This document shows, piece by piece, positions 1 through 14,600 of a stretch of DNA of 64,000 nt. The stretch is from the NCBI GenBank assembly GCA_030141605.1, contig JAQGDQ010000006.1, positions 1,116,001-1,180,000 of the forward strand, read 5' to 3'. Made by a program: the position numbers and the translations under genes. Origin of the DNA: Tubiluchus corallicola (taxonomy: Eukaryota; Animalia; Priapulida). Below the pieces are notes generated by a model. It had not been told where the DNA came from and did not search any database. It was given only the letters and a program-made list of their open reading frames with translations. Each line of letters opens with the position of its first letter. Position 1 is the stretch's first letter.

Positions 1-3000
1 GTAGATTTTTTTCAACCTGCAATAATGATTTTAAAATTTTGTAATTTATTATATGGTTTGGCAAGCACTTGTTGTTTTTCACACAATTGTTTCTAGCAAT
101 GCAGTGTTCCCGGCTTGCTGGAATCAGCAAGCCAAAGCAAACGAAAAGCTTATAGAGAAACATGACTTACAGCCATACGGTACCTAGGATCGTTTCTGAT
201 CGCCACATTTCAAGTGTTTCTTTTCTATGCCAACAACGGCAGAAAACCCGGCAAGACAAATGATTAAAATTTAATGATAACTGGCTTGCAAAACCAGAAA
301 AAAAACAAATAAGGAAGCTTTATTTATTTAACAAAATTGAATGCAGAATTTCGTGTAAACTTTTATATTGGTTATAAAGTATGCGTCCTGTATTTACTCA
401 CTGAATCCTGTGTTGTGACGTAGCCGCATACGGTGAGTTTTTATATAGAATGTTAGCAAAAAACAAAATTCTTAACATGTTCAAGGATAAGTTTGGTCAA
501 GCAAAACAGTCTGGACTTAGCAACACTGACACTTTGCACAACATGTCCGCTTTCAAATGAGTTCGTCTGAATCACATTTCCAAACATTTTCATGTAAACT
601 ATGCTGCTGGTGGCTTCCCGCCTGAAACCACTGCTTAACCAGCAAGCAGCAAGTAATTACGTTCAACCCAGAAAGCGAGAAGGTAGAGGAAAAATTCAAG
701 CCTCAACTAAATTAGAAGCCGACAAGAGTAAAAATGTCAGTCAACCATAACATTGTGGAAAGCGCGAAACCTAATCTTGTAGCAAGCAATACGCTTGAGG
801 TGGATACCACATGGACGACTTTAGTCTGGTGCAGTGATTTTCGGACTTCTGAGATTGAACTGAATACACATTGAAGCATATAAGCAACCCTGCCGTGCGT
901 GTCGTACGACCAAAGCACACTTCGAACAGTCATTCCATTCTTGCCAGCAAGAACAAAAAAATGACTGTTAGAATATACTTTCTTTTTACGCAAAGTGAAG
1001 ATCAGTTTTCCAGAACTAGTTATTCATCACCTAGTGCAGCAATCTACGGCAAGCACCTCAAGCTTGTAAGTGGTATAAAATTAACACTAGCTCTTAGATC
1101 TAGGAAATGCTTGCCTTGAAGTAATCTCCACTTTTGACGTCGCACGTATTTTGAGAATGTCCTGAAAAGCTTGCTATAAGGATGATGTCTTTCTAAGCAC
1201 GCTTGAAAGCCATATTAGTTGCTGAGCATATTATTCATTATTTTTGCTTAGATGCTGGGCGGCTTATTTGGGGCAAATAGCCCGAAAAAGAAATCGGCAG
1301 ACTCGTTTTAATGTCTGGCGTGAAACCGTCTGTTCGCATAATTAAAATGCGCATGCGCGCAAAAAATTCTTCATTCTGAAACTGGAAGCAAAACCTCGTT
1401 AATAAGTGCATATAGAATGACACGGCGCAGTGTGCGAGTACCACCATGTACCTGATGACGATGGTGGAGCCAGACCTAGTCAATCGATCTTGCATGGCTT
1501 CTCGGCTTCATCAGAGCAAGTCTCTGCTGATTACGTTCACTTTATATATAAAGCAGTTCGCTTGACCTTGCTAATCAAACATAATGATGGATGTATGCGT
1601 GAAAGTGCATTGCACACAGACCTAGCAATTATCACTATCTATGATTACCTGCTGCATCGAAATAGGGTCACGTACTCGTCAACAATAAACAAACGTAGAT
1701 AAAACCTGGCCGAGTATGCAAATGAACTTTCGCCAAAATACATAATAAATCCAACGTGTTACAGACTGCAAACATTAGTCTATATGTGTGCAAGGATCGA
1801 CTTCGTCTGACAGCCATTTATTAGGCTAGGCAACACATGCTGATTTCAAAATAAGAAAGACCTGTTAACCTTGCCAAAAGTCTTAATCCAAAGGTTACTA
1901 GACGTGTTAAAGAAATAGAGGTTAACAGTACAAAATGATTAATATCTTGCTTTTAACTATAATATTATAATGCTGCATAATGACCAGCATTTTCATATAT
2001 GTATACCCAACCAGTTTGTACGTATAGAAGAACGGTTTGAAAAAAACAGCAAACACTGCACAGGCCTAACATTTCAATTGTCTTACTCAAGCAACCGATT
2101 GTATATTGTGCTGGAGAAGAAGACGAGTATTAGACTTAGCATGATCATCATCATAATATAGCGCTACAAACAAAGCATCACCAATACGTGGACATAACGT
2201 TTTTAACACTAGCCCATTCCCGCCATATAAATCCATTTCCCTTTATGTAGAACAGAAGTGAATTTCGGCTAAAATAAACAATCCTAGAAGCATACGCACG
2301 TATTTAGGAAATCTGAGTAGCAATTTGGCGTGACCTTGTCTAGACAAATCCGAAGTATTTCCGCCTGACGCCCGGAAAAAAATCTGGAAACTGGGATGAA
2401 GGGATAGTGGTGAATACATAGGCCTACAGCAACCGATTTGACAGACGCAACCCAGAAAACCGTTTTAGCTATTAACTTTTGCAAACAGTTACTGTAGGAC
2501 AGATGCCGGGCAAACAAATGTGTACTTTCTCTAAGCTTGAAAATGCAAAGCAAGCATACTGAAAACAGACGTCGTTTACTAAAGATTATATACACATGTA
2601 TATACAAGTGATATACAGCATACAATATTTTTAAAATTTTACTAGCAGCTTTGCGCGTCAGTTACGTTTGGTAAGGTTATATGAAGTTCCTACAGTTGAC
2701 AGATTACAACATTACGTATAATTCAAAATGTAGCATATTATAGTCTTATAAATCGTATTGTATGTTAGCTACAATCAGCTTTTGTAAACTCCGGCTTTTG
2801 TCAATTTCATGGTACCTTCATTTGCATAGTAATGACCAAAAAAACGATTACTTTTCTAAGAAACATTCTAATCAAAAATAAAGAATTCTGGAACTTTCAA
2901 TAGTGTGTTAACAGTGTTGCAACCGCATTAACAAAATTATATACAAAATACAAGGTATGTGCTCGAAGTTCAATACCAAAGGATGTAAGGCCCGCCAAAT

Positions 3001-3170
3001 TGATTTTCAATATACATCGTGATTATTAACTCAGAGCAATTAGACAACCATCGCGTTCTTCGTGAAATGATGCTAATTAAGACAACATCCAGTCAAGTTA
3101 ATTAAAAAGGATTGACAGAAACACAGAAAGTGTGTCAGCCGAAAATATACTAATAATCGAGCTAGATAAT

Positions 3171-3230
3171 TAAGAGAGAGATTTAACATCGTAAGAGAGA
3201 GATTTAACATCGTAAGAGAGAGGCTTAACA
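3171..3230. repeat. 21-bp tandem repeat, about 2.8 copies
   Basis: taagagagagatttaacatcg twice plus the partial copy taagagagaggcttaaca. Confidence 0.85.
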
Positions 3231-6200
3231 CTTTACTAATTCAGATTCCCTAGAATTATAACGAACTTGGTTAAGTCTCTCTCACTTTCACTATTTAACC
3301 TGACCTATTTAACTCACACACTATGGATGTATATTGTGCAGCGCGGATTGTGGTAATAAATTTGAACATAAACCGTAAAATTGTCAGTTTTTTTAGCTGA
3401 GATTCACATGCACAAAATGTTTGACTCAAATACCGTTGATCAGTCACTGCATAAATAAGTAGGCAGCGCATCACTTACCACGTGGTTCTTGTTAAAATTC
3501 TTATAATAACACCCTCCGCAGAGACTGCTCCAAACAAGTGGCTAAAGTGGTAAGCAAACGCTTGCAATTTAACACTTTTAGCAATTAAAAACTCTCCCGT
3601 TGGTCATCAGTAGGTCAGCACAATGAATTTCCAGCGTGCACTCTCATCGAGTTCTCAGAGAATACGTGTTTACATGTTGGCATTTACCCCAGTAAAAGCG
3701 GGCATGTGAGCTGCGCTGAATGTGTGTCAAGGACGCTAGTTCATCGGCCGCCTATCAGCTGGAAATAGCGACCTGCAAACAAGCTTCCCCAGCCCACAAC
3801 CTCTTGGCTTGACGCCAGCGGGAAAAGGTCTATAGCCTTTTTCCACTCAAGGATTTCCAGAAAAATCACATAAACGCACTTTTTATAACAACAGCTTTAC
3901 ATTTCGCACCGACAAAACGAATTTTGGTTGTTTATTAATATTCACTTGCAAACCTGGTGGGAGTACTCATGTTTAGGGCGTGCTCGCTTTGGTGTGAAGA
4001 AAAGGATAACAGCCTGAGCACTCAATGCTGCATTATGAAGCCATGTACATGTACACGCAAATTTTCATAAGTTTATCACGAAAATCTGTATACCGACTAG
4101 CCAAACTGTCGATAACTGTTTGTTTATTAAGTAAGTTCTATAGAGTAAGCGCGAATAAATTTCACTGAAACTGCCAGTAAATTTCCATGGCAGAATGTAA
4201 AACTCTACAATAGCATACCCTATACAATAATGTTCAAGAGTACTAGCAGTCAGTTCAGTGGGGGTACAACGTCCTCCACATACTGAAACTACAATGAACA
4301 TACTCTGCAAGTGTAGGTGTTAACAGAGAAAAACACTCAAAATGCCTGCAATTAATCAACAATTACGACCTCATAAATACGCAGATTTACTACCTGCGAG
4401 GGTGACATTTGCCTACCACACTAGCTTCAGTTTACGGGTGATCGATCCAAACATTCAAGTTCTGAAACCATTAGCTACAGGAATGTATGCGGCGAAACTC
4501 TATGACCTTCAGCGGGTCGATGTTACCCTTTTCTAATCGATTCTAATAGATTGATTACTATACAAAATGTGACATTTGTGGAATGTAAGTGTTTCGGTGA
4601 GCGATGGTCCAATGAGTGATGGATGAAGTCATACATACAGTGTCCTCATTACTGGCGCAACCCCATCAAGCACTTAACACATATGAAATCATAAAAGTAA
4701 GCGACTATTGCAAGAAATCTGTGCTTTAAATATCTTCTTTCAGTTCAGTGTGTCCCCTTTCGGGAACTGCATTTCCTGTGTTTAGAGATTAGTATCACAG
4801 CTATTAAATCTTAGCACTATATCATATATATATACACAGCATGCAATATAACACTGCACAAAGTGATTAAATCGAGACTGGTCTGGTCGTCCGTAGAACT
4901 TATTAACGCAGTTTCGAGCTCAAAAGCACCTTTATTTTTGCTTAACCAAGATTAAATTCGTATTGATTAGTTACTACTTAATAGATCATGATTTTTTTTA
5001 CATCAAAAAAAATTCTGTTATATGTTTCTTTTCATCTCTAATTAATTAGTACCCTGTGACATTAGAAACGATTGTATGACACGTCACAAGTGAGTGGTTT
5101 GAAGGTCTCACAAAACTGCTTTCATGTCTCGTGTAATACCTAGCTATTAATAATTAACAGAAAAGGACAACACTGACACATTCAACAACTACACATGGCA
5201 ACATACCAGTATGTGTGCATACATAATAATTTTATACATTACTCAGAAGCCAAAACCAAACTGTTTAAAACGCCAAAGTGAGACTACTGTACTTAATAAT
5301 TAGACATTGCAATCACTGAAGCGCTCTCAAAACGTCATCACTTACTGTTTCAGCAAGCCCTCAGTAGCTTTGCCACAAAGGTGTGTCAAACTAATTTTTC
5401 GAGTTTAAGACAATTACCTCGAGAAAGGACATTGTGACATTTCGATTTTTCAGTAAACTGTTGAGTGATATGTTCAGTGAGTTCAAATCTTGATTTTTAA
5501 GCTATATTGCAAACACAACTGTTTTCGTTAACAGCGCAAGGCAAACTAACACATCCTGTTCTTACGTCATTAAATTTAGAAATCCATTAAATATCAAGCT
5601 ATCTGTCTAACCGAACAACTGAAATCACATCCCCAAATGAGTCATTGGAAAACAAACAACACTCACTGTGTGTATAAATAGAAACCACCAATGAACTAAT
5701 TAATAAACAGCTGACAGTTAATAAACTTAAAAAAAACGTGTTGAAAGTTGATAATGTCGGTATGGTGTATAATTCATAAAACTGTAATATTTTCTTTTTT
5801 CTAAATTCAATTTCGAAATACGTAATCACTTACCAAAATTTTTAAACGGCCTGTTTAGTCCACTGTGGGTTTAATATAAAAAGTGAAATTCATCTCCTGG
5901 TTTTTCACACCTTACAGCTTAAATCATATAGACTGCAGCTTCGTACTACAGTTTGAGTATCTGAAAGCATAACAAAAAACAACACTACCTCGTGAATAAT
6001 AATAATTAACTTATTATTTATTATTAACATTTTTGTGTAGTGGACGTAATCTAATATACTAAACAGAAAATTCACTATAATGTTCATTAGCGGACAACGT
6101 AAATACTAGAAGGTATGAGATTTTTTTAGCCACAGAAAAGTAAACATTACTAAACAATACAATAAGAACAAAGCAACAAAGAATACGTTGTCACAGTATG

Positions 6201-7359
6201 AAAAAAAGGCAGACAAAACAAACAAATAAATAAACACGAAAAATAAGTAAGCTACTAAGCAAACACACATGTAAACAAATAAACGTTTAAAAGGATAAAA
6301 GAAAAACGATCGAATACTCTCCTTAATAGTAACGTTTTTTCAAACGATTCAATAACACAGGAAATAAGAAGCGCATACATTTAAGTGTGAAACTGTGGGA
6401 ATAATTAATAGATTTTATCAGCTAATAAAGTTCTGGGTTTGTGGGTTTGTTTATTAGTAGAAACTTAAGCGGAAGAACATCTGCCCTGTGGGCCATAGTG
6501 AAATTGAAGAAATCTGGAAGATGCTGTTAGCAAACGGAAGCCGGGGTGGCTAAGAATACACACAGTCGGGCTGTAACCTAAAATTCAATATCGTTGCTGC
6601 TGACCTGCATTGGCGCTAAAATAAATCAAAGCATTGAATGCACTGCTGAGGTTTCACATGCGTGAGTGGTTTCATAGACGCAAATATGGGGATATTTGCT
6701 AGGGACATTTCTAGTTATTCTACAGTTTTTGTATCGCAAATCAGTGTCTCGTCACTGATGCACTATCTTTAAATTGAACATGCCACTCATTAGCACTAAA
6801 GAGAAGTAATGCTAAACGTGCAAAATTAGGTGATAACACTCCGCATATTACCAACAGCGATCTCGCTCATGAATTGATAAAAATTACATTACTTCTTCTG
6901 GAAGGAAAAGGAATTTAGAAAGAAAAATGAAAAACGCATTAATACTACTATAGTAAAAGTATAATATATTAGTAACTGTTCTAAACACTAAATACGATCC
7001 AGGACATTTTGACAGTTATAAACGTAACGAGTTAATTGAGTAATTCGACAGTGACTATAAATCTTCAAAAGTTTTTAAAAATTCTTTAAAGGACTCAAAT
7101 TGATGGCAGCTTAGGACTGATTTTGCGCTTTTGCGAGGCTCAAGGAAGTGCATAAAGCTGTTAACCCTTTCACTTGCGGTAGTTAGTTGTCGTTGGCAGG
7201 CGAGTTACCGCACGTTCACGCAAAAATCTTGATGGCAAAGAAGCACGTACAACCGCTAAGAAGCTTTGCTGAGTGAAGAAGTGAGAGTTATAGAAGCCCA
7301 CAGTCAGCTGTCTGCCCTGCCGAGAACAGAAAATTAATATTGATTCGTGCCAGTCCGTA

Positions 7360-7810
7360 CACCGCTCTCGTTATAACGGTTACCCTAGTTTAGCATTGTT
7401 GGGCAGATTCATGAACGGTTTTACAAAAAGGGCGCGAGCATATCTTTCGGTTACAGTTTATATGTTACAGTTTAACATACTGTAACTAGAAAAAAAATTC
7501 ATGAGAAGGATGAATTTTTACGTTACGTCCTCACAACACCACCGCTTTATTTATACGCTAACTTAACATTGTCGAGGGCACATTCATAAAAATGACAAAG
7601 TTACAGACGCAATTCTTGGTATAGACTAGCTTAACACTGCTAAGGGATGGTTCATGAAAAGTGATAACTATACACTAGCTTAACGTTGTTAGAGGCAGAT
7701 GCCCAAAAAGTGATGACAAAGTTGCAGCATTGTTCTCGTTACACATTGCCTTGACTATAATAATTACGGCCTTGACACAGTTGAAGGCAGATTTATGAAA
7801 AGCAATGAGC
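7360..7810. repeat. Degenerate minisatellite, about 50-70-bp units
   Basis: A recurring motif ctagcttaaca(t/c)tg..gagggcagattcatgaaaa..gatgacaaag appears about five times. Confidence 0.55.
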
Positions 7811-10800
7811 AGACATCACATTCACACTGTACTGGGCCACTGGCTAAGCTGTCTAGCGTTGATTAACTTAGGACAGAGTAATATATAAGATTCAGTAAGA
7901 AAAATCAGTACACAATTAATGCAGATCAGTAAAGCTTGATGTTTGTTTCTACAGTACATCACGTACATCAAGCTATAAGCTAGAAACAAACAGAAGTTTA
8001 AAATTCCTTTTTAATCTCTGCAGGCTTAAATGCATACAGAGTTTTAGAAGCCCATGCACATGAAATAACTGGTGCCAATACAGAACAGCAAAGTACAGCA
8101 AATAAGTAAAATAATTTAGTAGCCATAATTTTGCGATATTTCCTCGCAAAGTACATAAGACTTAACGATACCTGTTGTGATATTACAGTTAGTTTTGAAG
8201 ACAACTCTTCTGTGAGGGCAAAGTATAATTAATGTCATAAATTAAAATTTTTTAAACCACTGCATAGATGATAGGGCTACTACACCTGAGAACAGCTCTG
8301 GCACATAATATTAAATAATTAAATCATGTTTGTATCAAAGTATGTAATTAATTTTGGAAGCCAATTCTCGCTGTGATGACAAAATAAGTGTTACACTTGA
8401 AAAATGTGTTGTAACTCACACAAAGTTGAACTTAACGAGTCATTAATTTCAACCTTCTGTTCGGCTCACATGACATTAAATTAATGTTTATACATGCAAC
8501 TATACTTGTAAAGTTGCATACCTGTATGCAGTACTAAATAAACATCAATTATTAATATTATGCTTGCAGTTATAATCTTTAAGCTGCTGACTAAAAGTTA
8601 TTGAAAGTCTAACTCAGTTGAGGTGTGAACATCTTTCGAATTTGACTTCTTGTGGCACGCTTTCGTTAGTTTTTTTTGCAGTTTTATTTGAACCCGTTCT
8701 TTGTTACGACTAGCTGCCACCTATTTGACATATACTAACGTCTGGTTCCAGTATAATATCATCTCTGACGTTCTTTCCTTGTTAGTTTGAATACATTGGT
8801 TTGTGTATTTTTCCAGATACAGAATTCTAGCTATTAAACGAATTACATGTACACTAACTAGGTCATTCGTAAAAATCTTTCAATACTGACTGAGTTTGGT
8901 TACGCAAGTCTTACTACTACACAACATACAAATGTTTTAAGGTACTTCATTTTTGCAGCAGGCAAAAACTCACTCCACAGAATTCCCACTACATATAGAT
9001 GATGCAAATTACTGAAGAGAGAAACATTTAGTATAAGAAAGTGGCACGGAATATAGTTATAGAGACTGTGCTTATGGTGCCTATTAAGGCATCAGAAAAA
9101 GTTAGGGATTGATTAAGGCAGGAAACATTGTCTAAACAATGTTGTCTAAACAAGGGTAAAAGAAAATCCTGTAGATGGTTTTATTACAGAAAAATGTGAG
9201 TTTGATGATTATTACAGAAAAATTGTGTGGAATGATTTAAATGCGAACTGACAATGCTAATTAATTTAGTAACAGTTACACGGAAATGGTATACACAAAT
9301 ACAATAATCTACCACTTAGTGTACCTGGTTTAGCTGCAGAAAAAGATGTACCTTGGGTATATGGCTGATTTAATAATACACATTTAATTGCAAGGTGTTT
9401 TTGTATCTGAACAATTTAATCGCTCAAAAAATGCTGTGTTGGCTGCCATAAGGCTGTATGTACAGAAATCTAAGGTGAAGAATTCCTTAACAGCTGGAAA
9501 AATTGTTGTGACTAATTCAGTTCTAAATGTAGAAAAACTGTTTAAAGACTTGACTGAACAGCAAGAACAACAGTTTAATCAGACACAACTAGTGCAAAAA
9601 GTAGAAAAGAGAAAGTTTGATAATGAAAGAAGTGGACTAAACTGGCATTGGTATGAAATGGTGCAAACTGCATTAGCACTGTATGCCTGTTAAACATTGA
9701 AATTCCCAAAAGCTAACCATACTTTTGTTGAGTTTTCACTTTTCAACATACAGAGCTCTGTCAGCATATCATATTTGTACAACATCCAGCCATTTCCATA
9801 CAAGTCAAAATATAGTATGTATGTAGTAGTTTCAAAATTGCTGACAGTCTGCACCGCCAGAATTCACTCTTATAATAAAGATGACAATAAAATGGCAAGC
9901 CTAATTAGACAGGTATCACTGATTTTGTTAAAAATTTTGATGGAAACGTGGCTTACCCGCAACGTGGTTCTTTGTTGATATCCGAGGTCGTCGACTCGCT
10001 CACTTTAAGCAGCAGCCTGTAGATCAATGAACATTCAATGGATCTACAGCAAAAATCTGAAGCCAGAATTCAGCTTGCACACAGACTTTTGCAATACACT
10101 GATCAAACTTAATAAACCCAAAATATGTTACTGTACTTGATTTTGAGGCAGTGGCACAGTGTGTGATATTTCTGGGTTATTACGAACACCAGAAATCAAG
10201 TGCACGCTGAATGAAATGGCCTTGTTTCAGCCGAGGACATGACCTAATTAACCATTCGCCGCGCATGCTCAACTGGTCACGGAGAGCAAAGAGAAGCCAT
10301 GCTCATACTGCTTTGCTGCAACCACGCTACTTTAACGCAATAGCACATACTGCAAGTACTATTGAAGAAAGAACTTGAACCAAATATCAACGGTAGAAAT
10401 TGACGCTTCAAGGATCTCAATTAATTTCTTCCTCCAAACTTTCATGAAAAAATATATATATATCATGTATATACATGCATATAAAGATGACATGCAAAAC
10501 AAGGAAACCAGCACATTAGTAGTAAAGAACCAGGGAAAAAATATACTAAAACTTATCCAGAGGAGAAGTTCAAACAACACAACTGATAATGAATGATTAA
10601 ATAGGATGCTGATCAAAGCATCAGCTTAATTTTTGGGCATGACAATGTGAGATAAGCGAGGAAGAGACAATAACAGGAGGATAAAGTGTAGAGACATCAA
10701 GATCAAGAAAAACTAAGAACTAAATTGATTCAAACCCTATTGCAGCATTGTGCAATAATCTACCGCTCGCATATGAAAATACCACCTTTAAATTGGAATA

Positions 10801-11649
10801 GCAAATAAGCTTTCAATTTTAAAAGAGACTTGATATTTCAATGAGTTCAATATCAGAAGTTCTCTTTTTAACAGTTCATTATAGACCCTATATATAAAAT
10901 AATCTAATACAGCCTATACGACCGAAACAGAATGCGAAACGCCATCATTGTAATGGTTTATTGTCCCTGTACTGCATGTGCACATTGATGTGCATGAGAT
11001 ATAACTGCACACAGAATATTAATAACCTTCATTAATAATCAATTAAAACCGAACCTGTAACAACATTTACAGCAATCAGTAACGTGATTCAACGTAACTG
11101 CAAGCTTATTTGGCCTTTTTCACATTCTACAGCTAAAAGACGTCAAGATGATAACTACTAGAGATATAACAGAAATAAAGTCCAGAAAATATACAAAATA
11201 ACTTTGCTAAGGAATCGAAGGCTTTGTTTTACTATAAGATATGCTTCATTGAACTTTGAGACTTATCTGAGCTTCTACATCTCAGCCCAACAACAAAAAA
11301 TTTGGTCACTTATAATACTAAAGTAGCAGGACAGCTAAACCAAGTTTCTCGACTTTTGGATGTGATATAAGTGTGTTTACAGGTAAAGCCAGTGAAACTT
11401 GGATAGTTGGCGACTATTTCCTTTCTCACAATTACATCTGGTGGAAAAAGGAAATTTTCCCTAACTTACATATCACAATAACTGTTATATTACAATTCTA
11501 TCTCGTTAACATAACTGTGAGCTCCATTTTGTATAACGTTCTATACCAACAACATTCTTCTGCTTTAAAGCGACAAAATATGTCATAACATTTGCATCAG
11601 TAGTATTACAAAAATTCGTTGAAAATCTGCAACACGCTACCAGGTAACC

Positions 11650-14600
11650 CTAGAACTTTAATTTCTTGTATTCAGCATTTAGTCTCTTTCTATATATATC
11701 CTCAACAATTGTCACAAATTTTTGTATATCGTTTGCAAGTAGTTCTGTACTTTCAATAGCAGCAAAGTGGCCACCTGTTGGCATATCCGTATACGAGACG
11801 AGATCCAGAAATCGAATGCGCACAAGACTTTCAGGATAAGCAACCAGTTCCTCTGGAAACACAGCATAACCTGTAGGCACCTTTACTTTATAGTCCCTAA
11901 AACAATGAAATTTTATTAGTACAAGCAAGGTGGTACATGTCCATAGAAAAACTATACAATAGTATGTTGATCTTGAATGGTGCACTTCCAGTTAACATTA
12001 TTCCTTTAAGTTGCTTTTCAATTTGAATTTTGTTTTTTATTTTACTTTTACACTCAGGTTTATGTACACTCCACTGACTCACTGACTAATTGACTCAAAC
12101 CACCCACTAATGGTCCCTCATCTGGCACTGTAACTTTTTAAAAAGGAAACAATCCTTAAAGGAAAGGACAAGTCACTAAGTATGTTAGGTTTATTTTACT
12201 GTTATCACTTAAACTTAGAACAATATAACAAAAAAATTTGCAAAGAACTGCCTATAAAGCATAAATTTAAAATATACCACCTCTGAATAGAAATTTTCAC
12301 AGTTGGTGGTTGCCGCCATTCACTTGAAAGTCACAACGTAACTGGGAGACTGTGTGACTTTTCGTAAGCGCATCTTGGCTATCTGTAAGCGCGCACTGCT
12401 TAAATTAATTCAAACTTCTGCAGCTTACCTAATGTTCCCACAAAAATATTACAAAATTAACATTTTTTCTAAAAATCTCATTTTTTGTAAAACATTTTCA
12501 TACTTTTGATGAAGATAGACAGAGCTCTATTTTTCTTCAAGACGAATGACGTCATTGAAAGAAGAATGGGCATTCAAAATCTAAGTGCCCAAGCATGAAG
12601 TGATTTCGACTTTAAACTGATTTTGCTAATTACATAAGGCGCTTATTGCAGTTTAATTACTAAATCCTTCTATCATTTTTGCGAACATTGAAATAAGCCC
12701 AACCTCTTAGAAAGCTTGGCCTTTCCTTTAAGCAGTTCAGAATAGCAAAGTGCTCACGATAACTGCTAGGCAACTGAAGCATTGTGATTAGTAAATTGAC
12801 ACCCGGAAAAATTGCTTCTGATCAGTTTTCTGACCTCATTGATATAGGCTGTAAACATATAAAAATGCACCATTTGCATTAACTGCACCCTGCCTTATTG
12901 AATGCTAGATCCTTGGATCTGGGCTTGCAGAATGCTTATTTGTATCACAAAAAACAGTTGTAACAGCATGGAAGGACAATCGTGATATTAGTAATTTCAC
13001 AGCATGGTTATTGCAGTTCAATAATCTAAAAATAAATGCAGAAAATATTGGTCTACAGCATGTCCTATCTAATGGATTTTCCTTCCATTTAATCCAATGA
13101 AGCTACCCTAAAATTGGTTGTCTTTTTAAAATAAGAAGTGTATTCTGCCTCTTGGATGTGCTCTGAAATCCTAACCTTTAAAATGTTATATTTTTGCCAG
13201 ATTATGTTTCATGTTTACGTATGACCATACAGTCTAGTGGAGAAAGCATTGCTTTCCTTTTGGGAGAGCAAAAGTTTGATACTGCAGCCGGGTCTTGCCA
13301 AAGGCTGCAAAAATAGTACCTGTTGTTATCCTGTCCAATGTATGGCATTTAGGGTAAAAGTGGAGTAATTATAATCATCTCTGTTATGTAGTTGTAGAAT
13401 TGCTATTTACAGTCGGTGAAAACTCTTTTAGCTAATGAGCTTTTGTCAAAAGCCAGCTTTAACTACAAATTATTATTATTACTATTATTATTGTTATAAT
13501 ACCAAATAATTTTCAGAAAGCGACAATTTAATATTTTTACAAGCTTAAGGAAAATTTTACGTCTAATACAGTTCAAGATAATAATTACAAACCGTATGAT
13601 ATTAAACTGCCTATCAGAAAGCCAGAATTCTTTGAGGAAATGCATACTGGATTTGATACTCTGTGTTTTCCAATAAATCACAACATTTGAAAGTAATTCG
13701 TGGAGTGTTATGCCAGGTATACCCATCAGTCCACCATCTGACAAGTTTCTATTTGACTTTTTTGTCCAGGTAGAAAATTTTTCTAGAATCCAGGCAGCGA
13801 GACCAGCAGGACTATCATTCAATGCACAACCTAGAATAAAAAGAAATAAAAAAGAATTTAACGTCAAGCATACAAATTAGCATTTGACCTTACTGCAATT
13901 TCTGCAAAAGGATGCAAAGTCTTACAATCAGTCTTGGGCCCTTGAAAACAAAATACTGATAACTGATCTTGTAAAATAATGCAATATTCTTGAAGCTTGT
14001 ATTAACAACTTTCAGCTCTTTCTTAATTTCCTTCTTAAATTTTACCTATTGTGTCCGGTTTTGTCATTTGCAAGTGAAAATATCCAGATTCTTCCCAAGT
14101 ATATTTTAGTTTTTCCGAGAAAGGATAAACCTTCCATAAATCTTTATTATCCCAGATTAACCATGGAAACAAATAGCCAATGGTCATTCGTCCAATGTAA
14201 CTGAGGGACCTCACACCCATGGACATGAAGTTCACGTGCAGTCCCCTAATTCTGTATATAATAATATAAATATACTTTTTAAATTATGTTGTGTATAATA
14301 ACATAAATATACTTTAAAAATTATATTATTGCTAATGCACAAACCTGAAGTTCATAAAAATTCTTGCATGGTTCACAACTCTGGTACATTGTGTAAAATA
14401 TGTCAATTATACAGCAAATTTCTAAAAATCCACTTACACGCATAAATAAACGTGTGTATACAACTACACACTTATTCACAAATGGGACGTCATTTGCTAA
14501 GTAACCGTTTCATCAGAGCACTAGTAGAGGAAACAGCATACTGAAATTCATGATTGGAACAATTTTTGTCCAGAATGTTAAGTGAAACTAAGTATTATTA

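Noticed and set aside
7161-7175. piggyBac-like end TTAACCCTTT
   Set aside because: No matching opposite terminus was found.
10013-10035. miR-10-like sequence (cctgtagatc)
   Set aside because: Only 10 nt match, the 5' end differs and the hairpin is too short for a pre-miRNA.
712-11588. Short ORFs (60-113 aa) in the first 11 kb
   Set aside because: No recognisable motifs or consistent exon chain; lengths expected by chance.
11650-11670. C-terminal KKLKF of EPHX1 as an ER-retrieval signal
   Set aside because: Lysine spacing does not fit KKxx or KxKxx.
13226-13300. tRNA gene
   Set aside because: Degenerate A/B boxes, no cloverleaf, and it continues into a SINE body.
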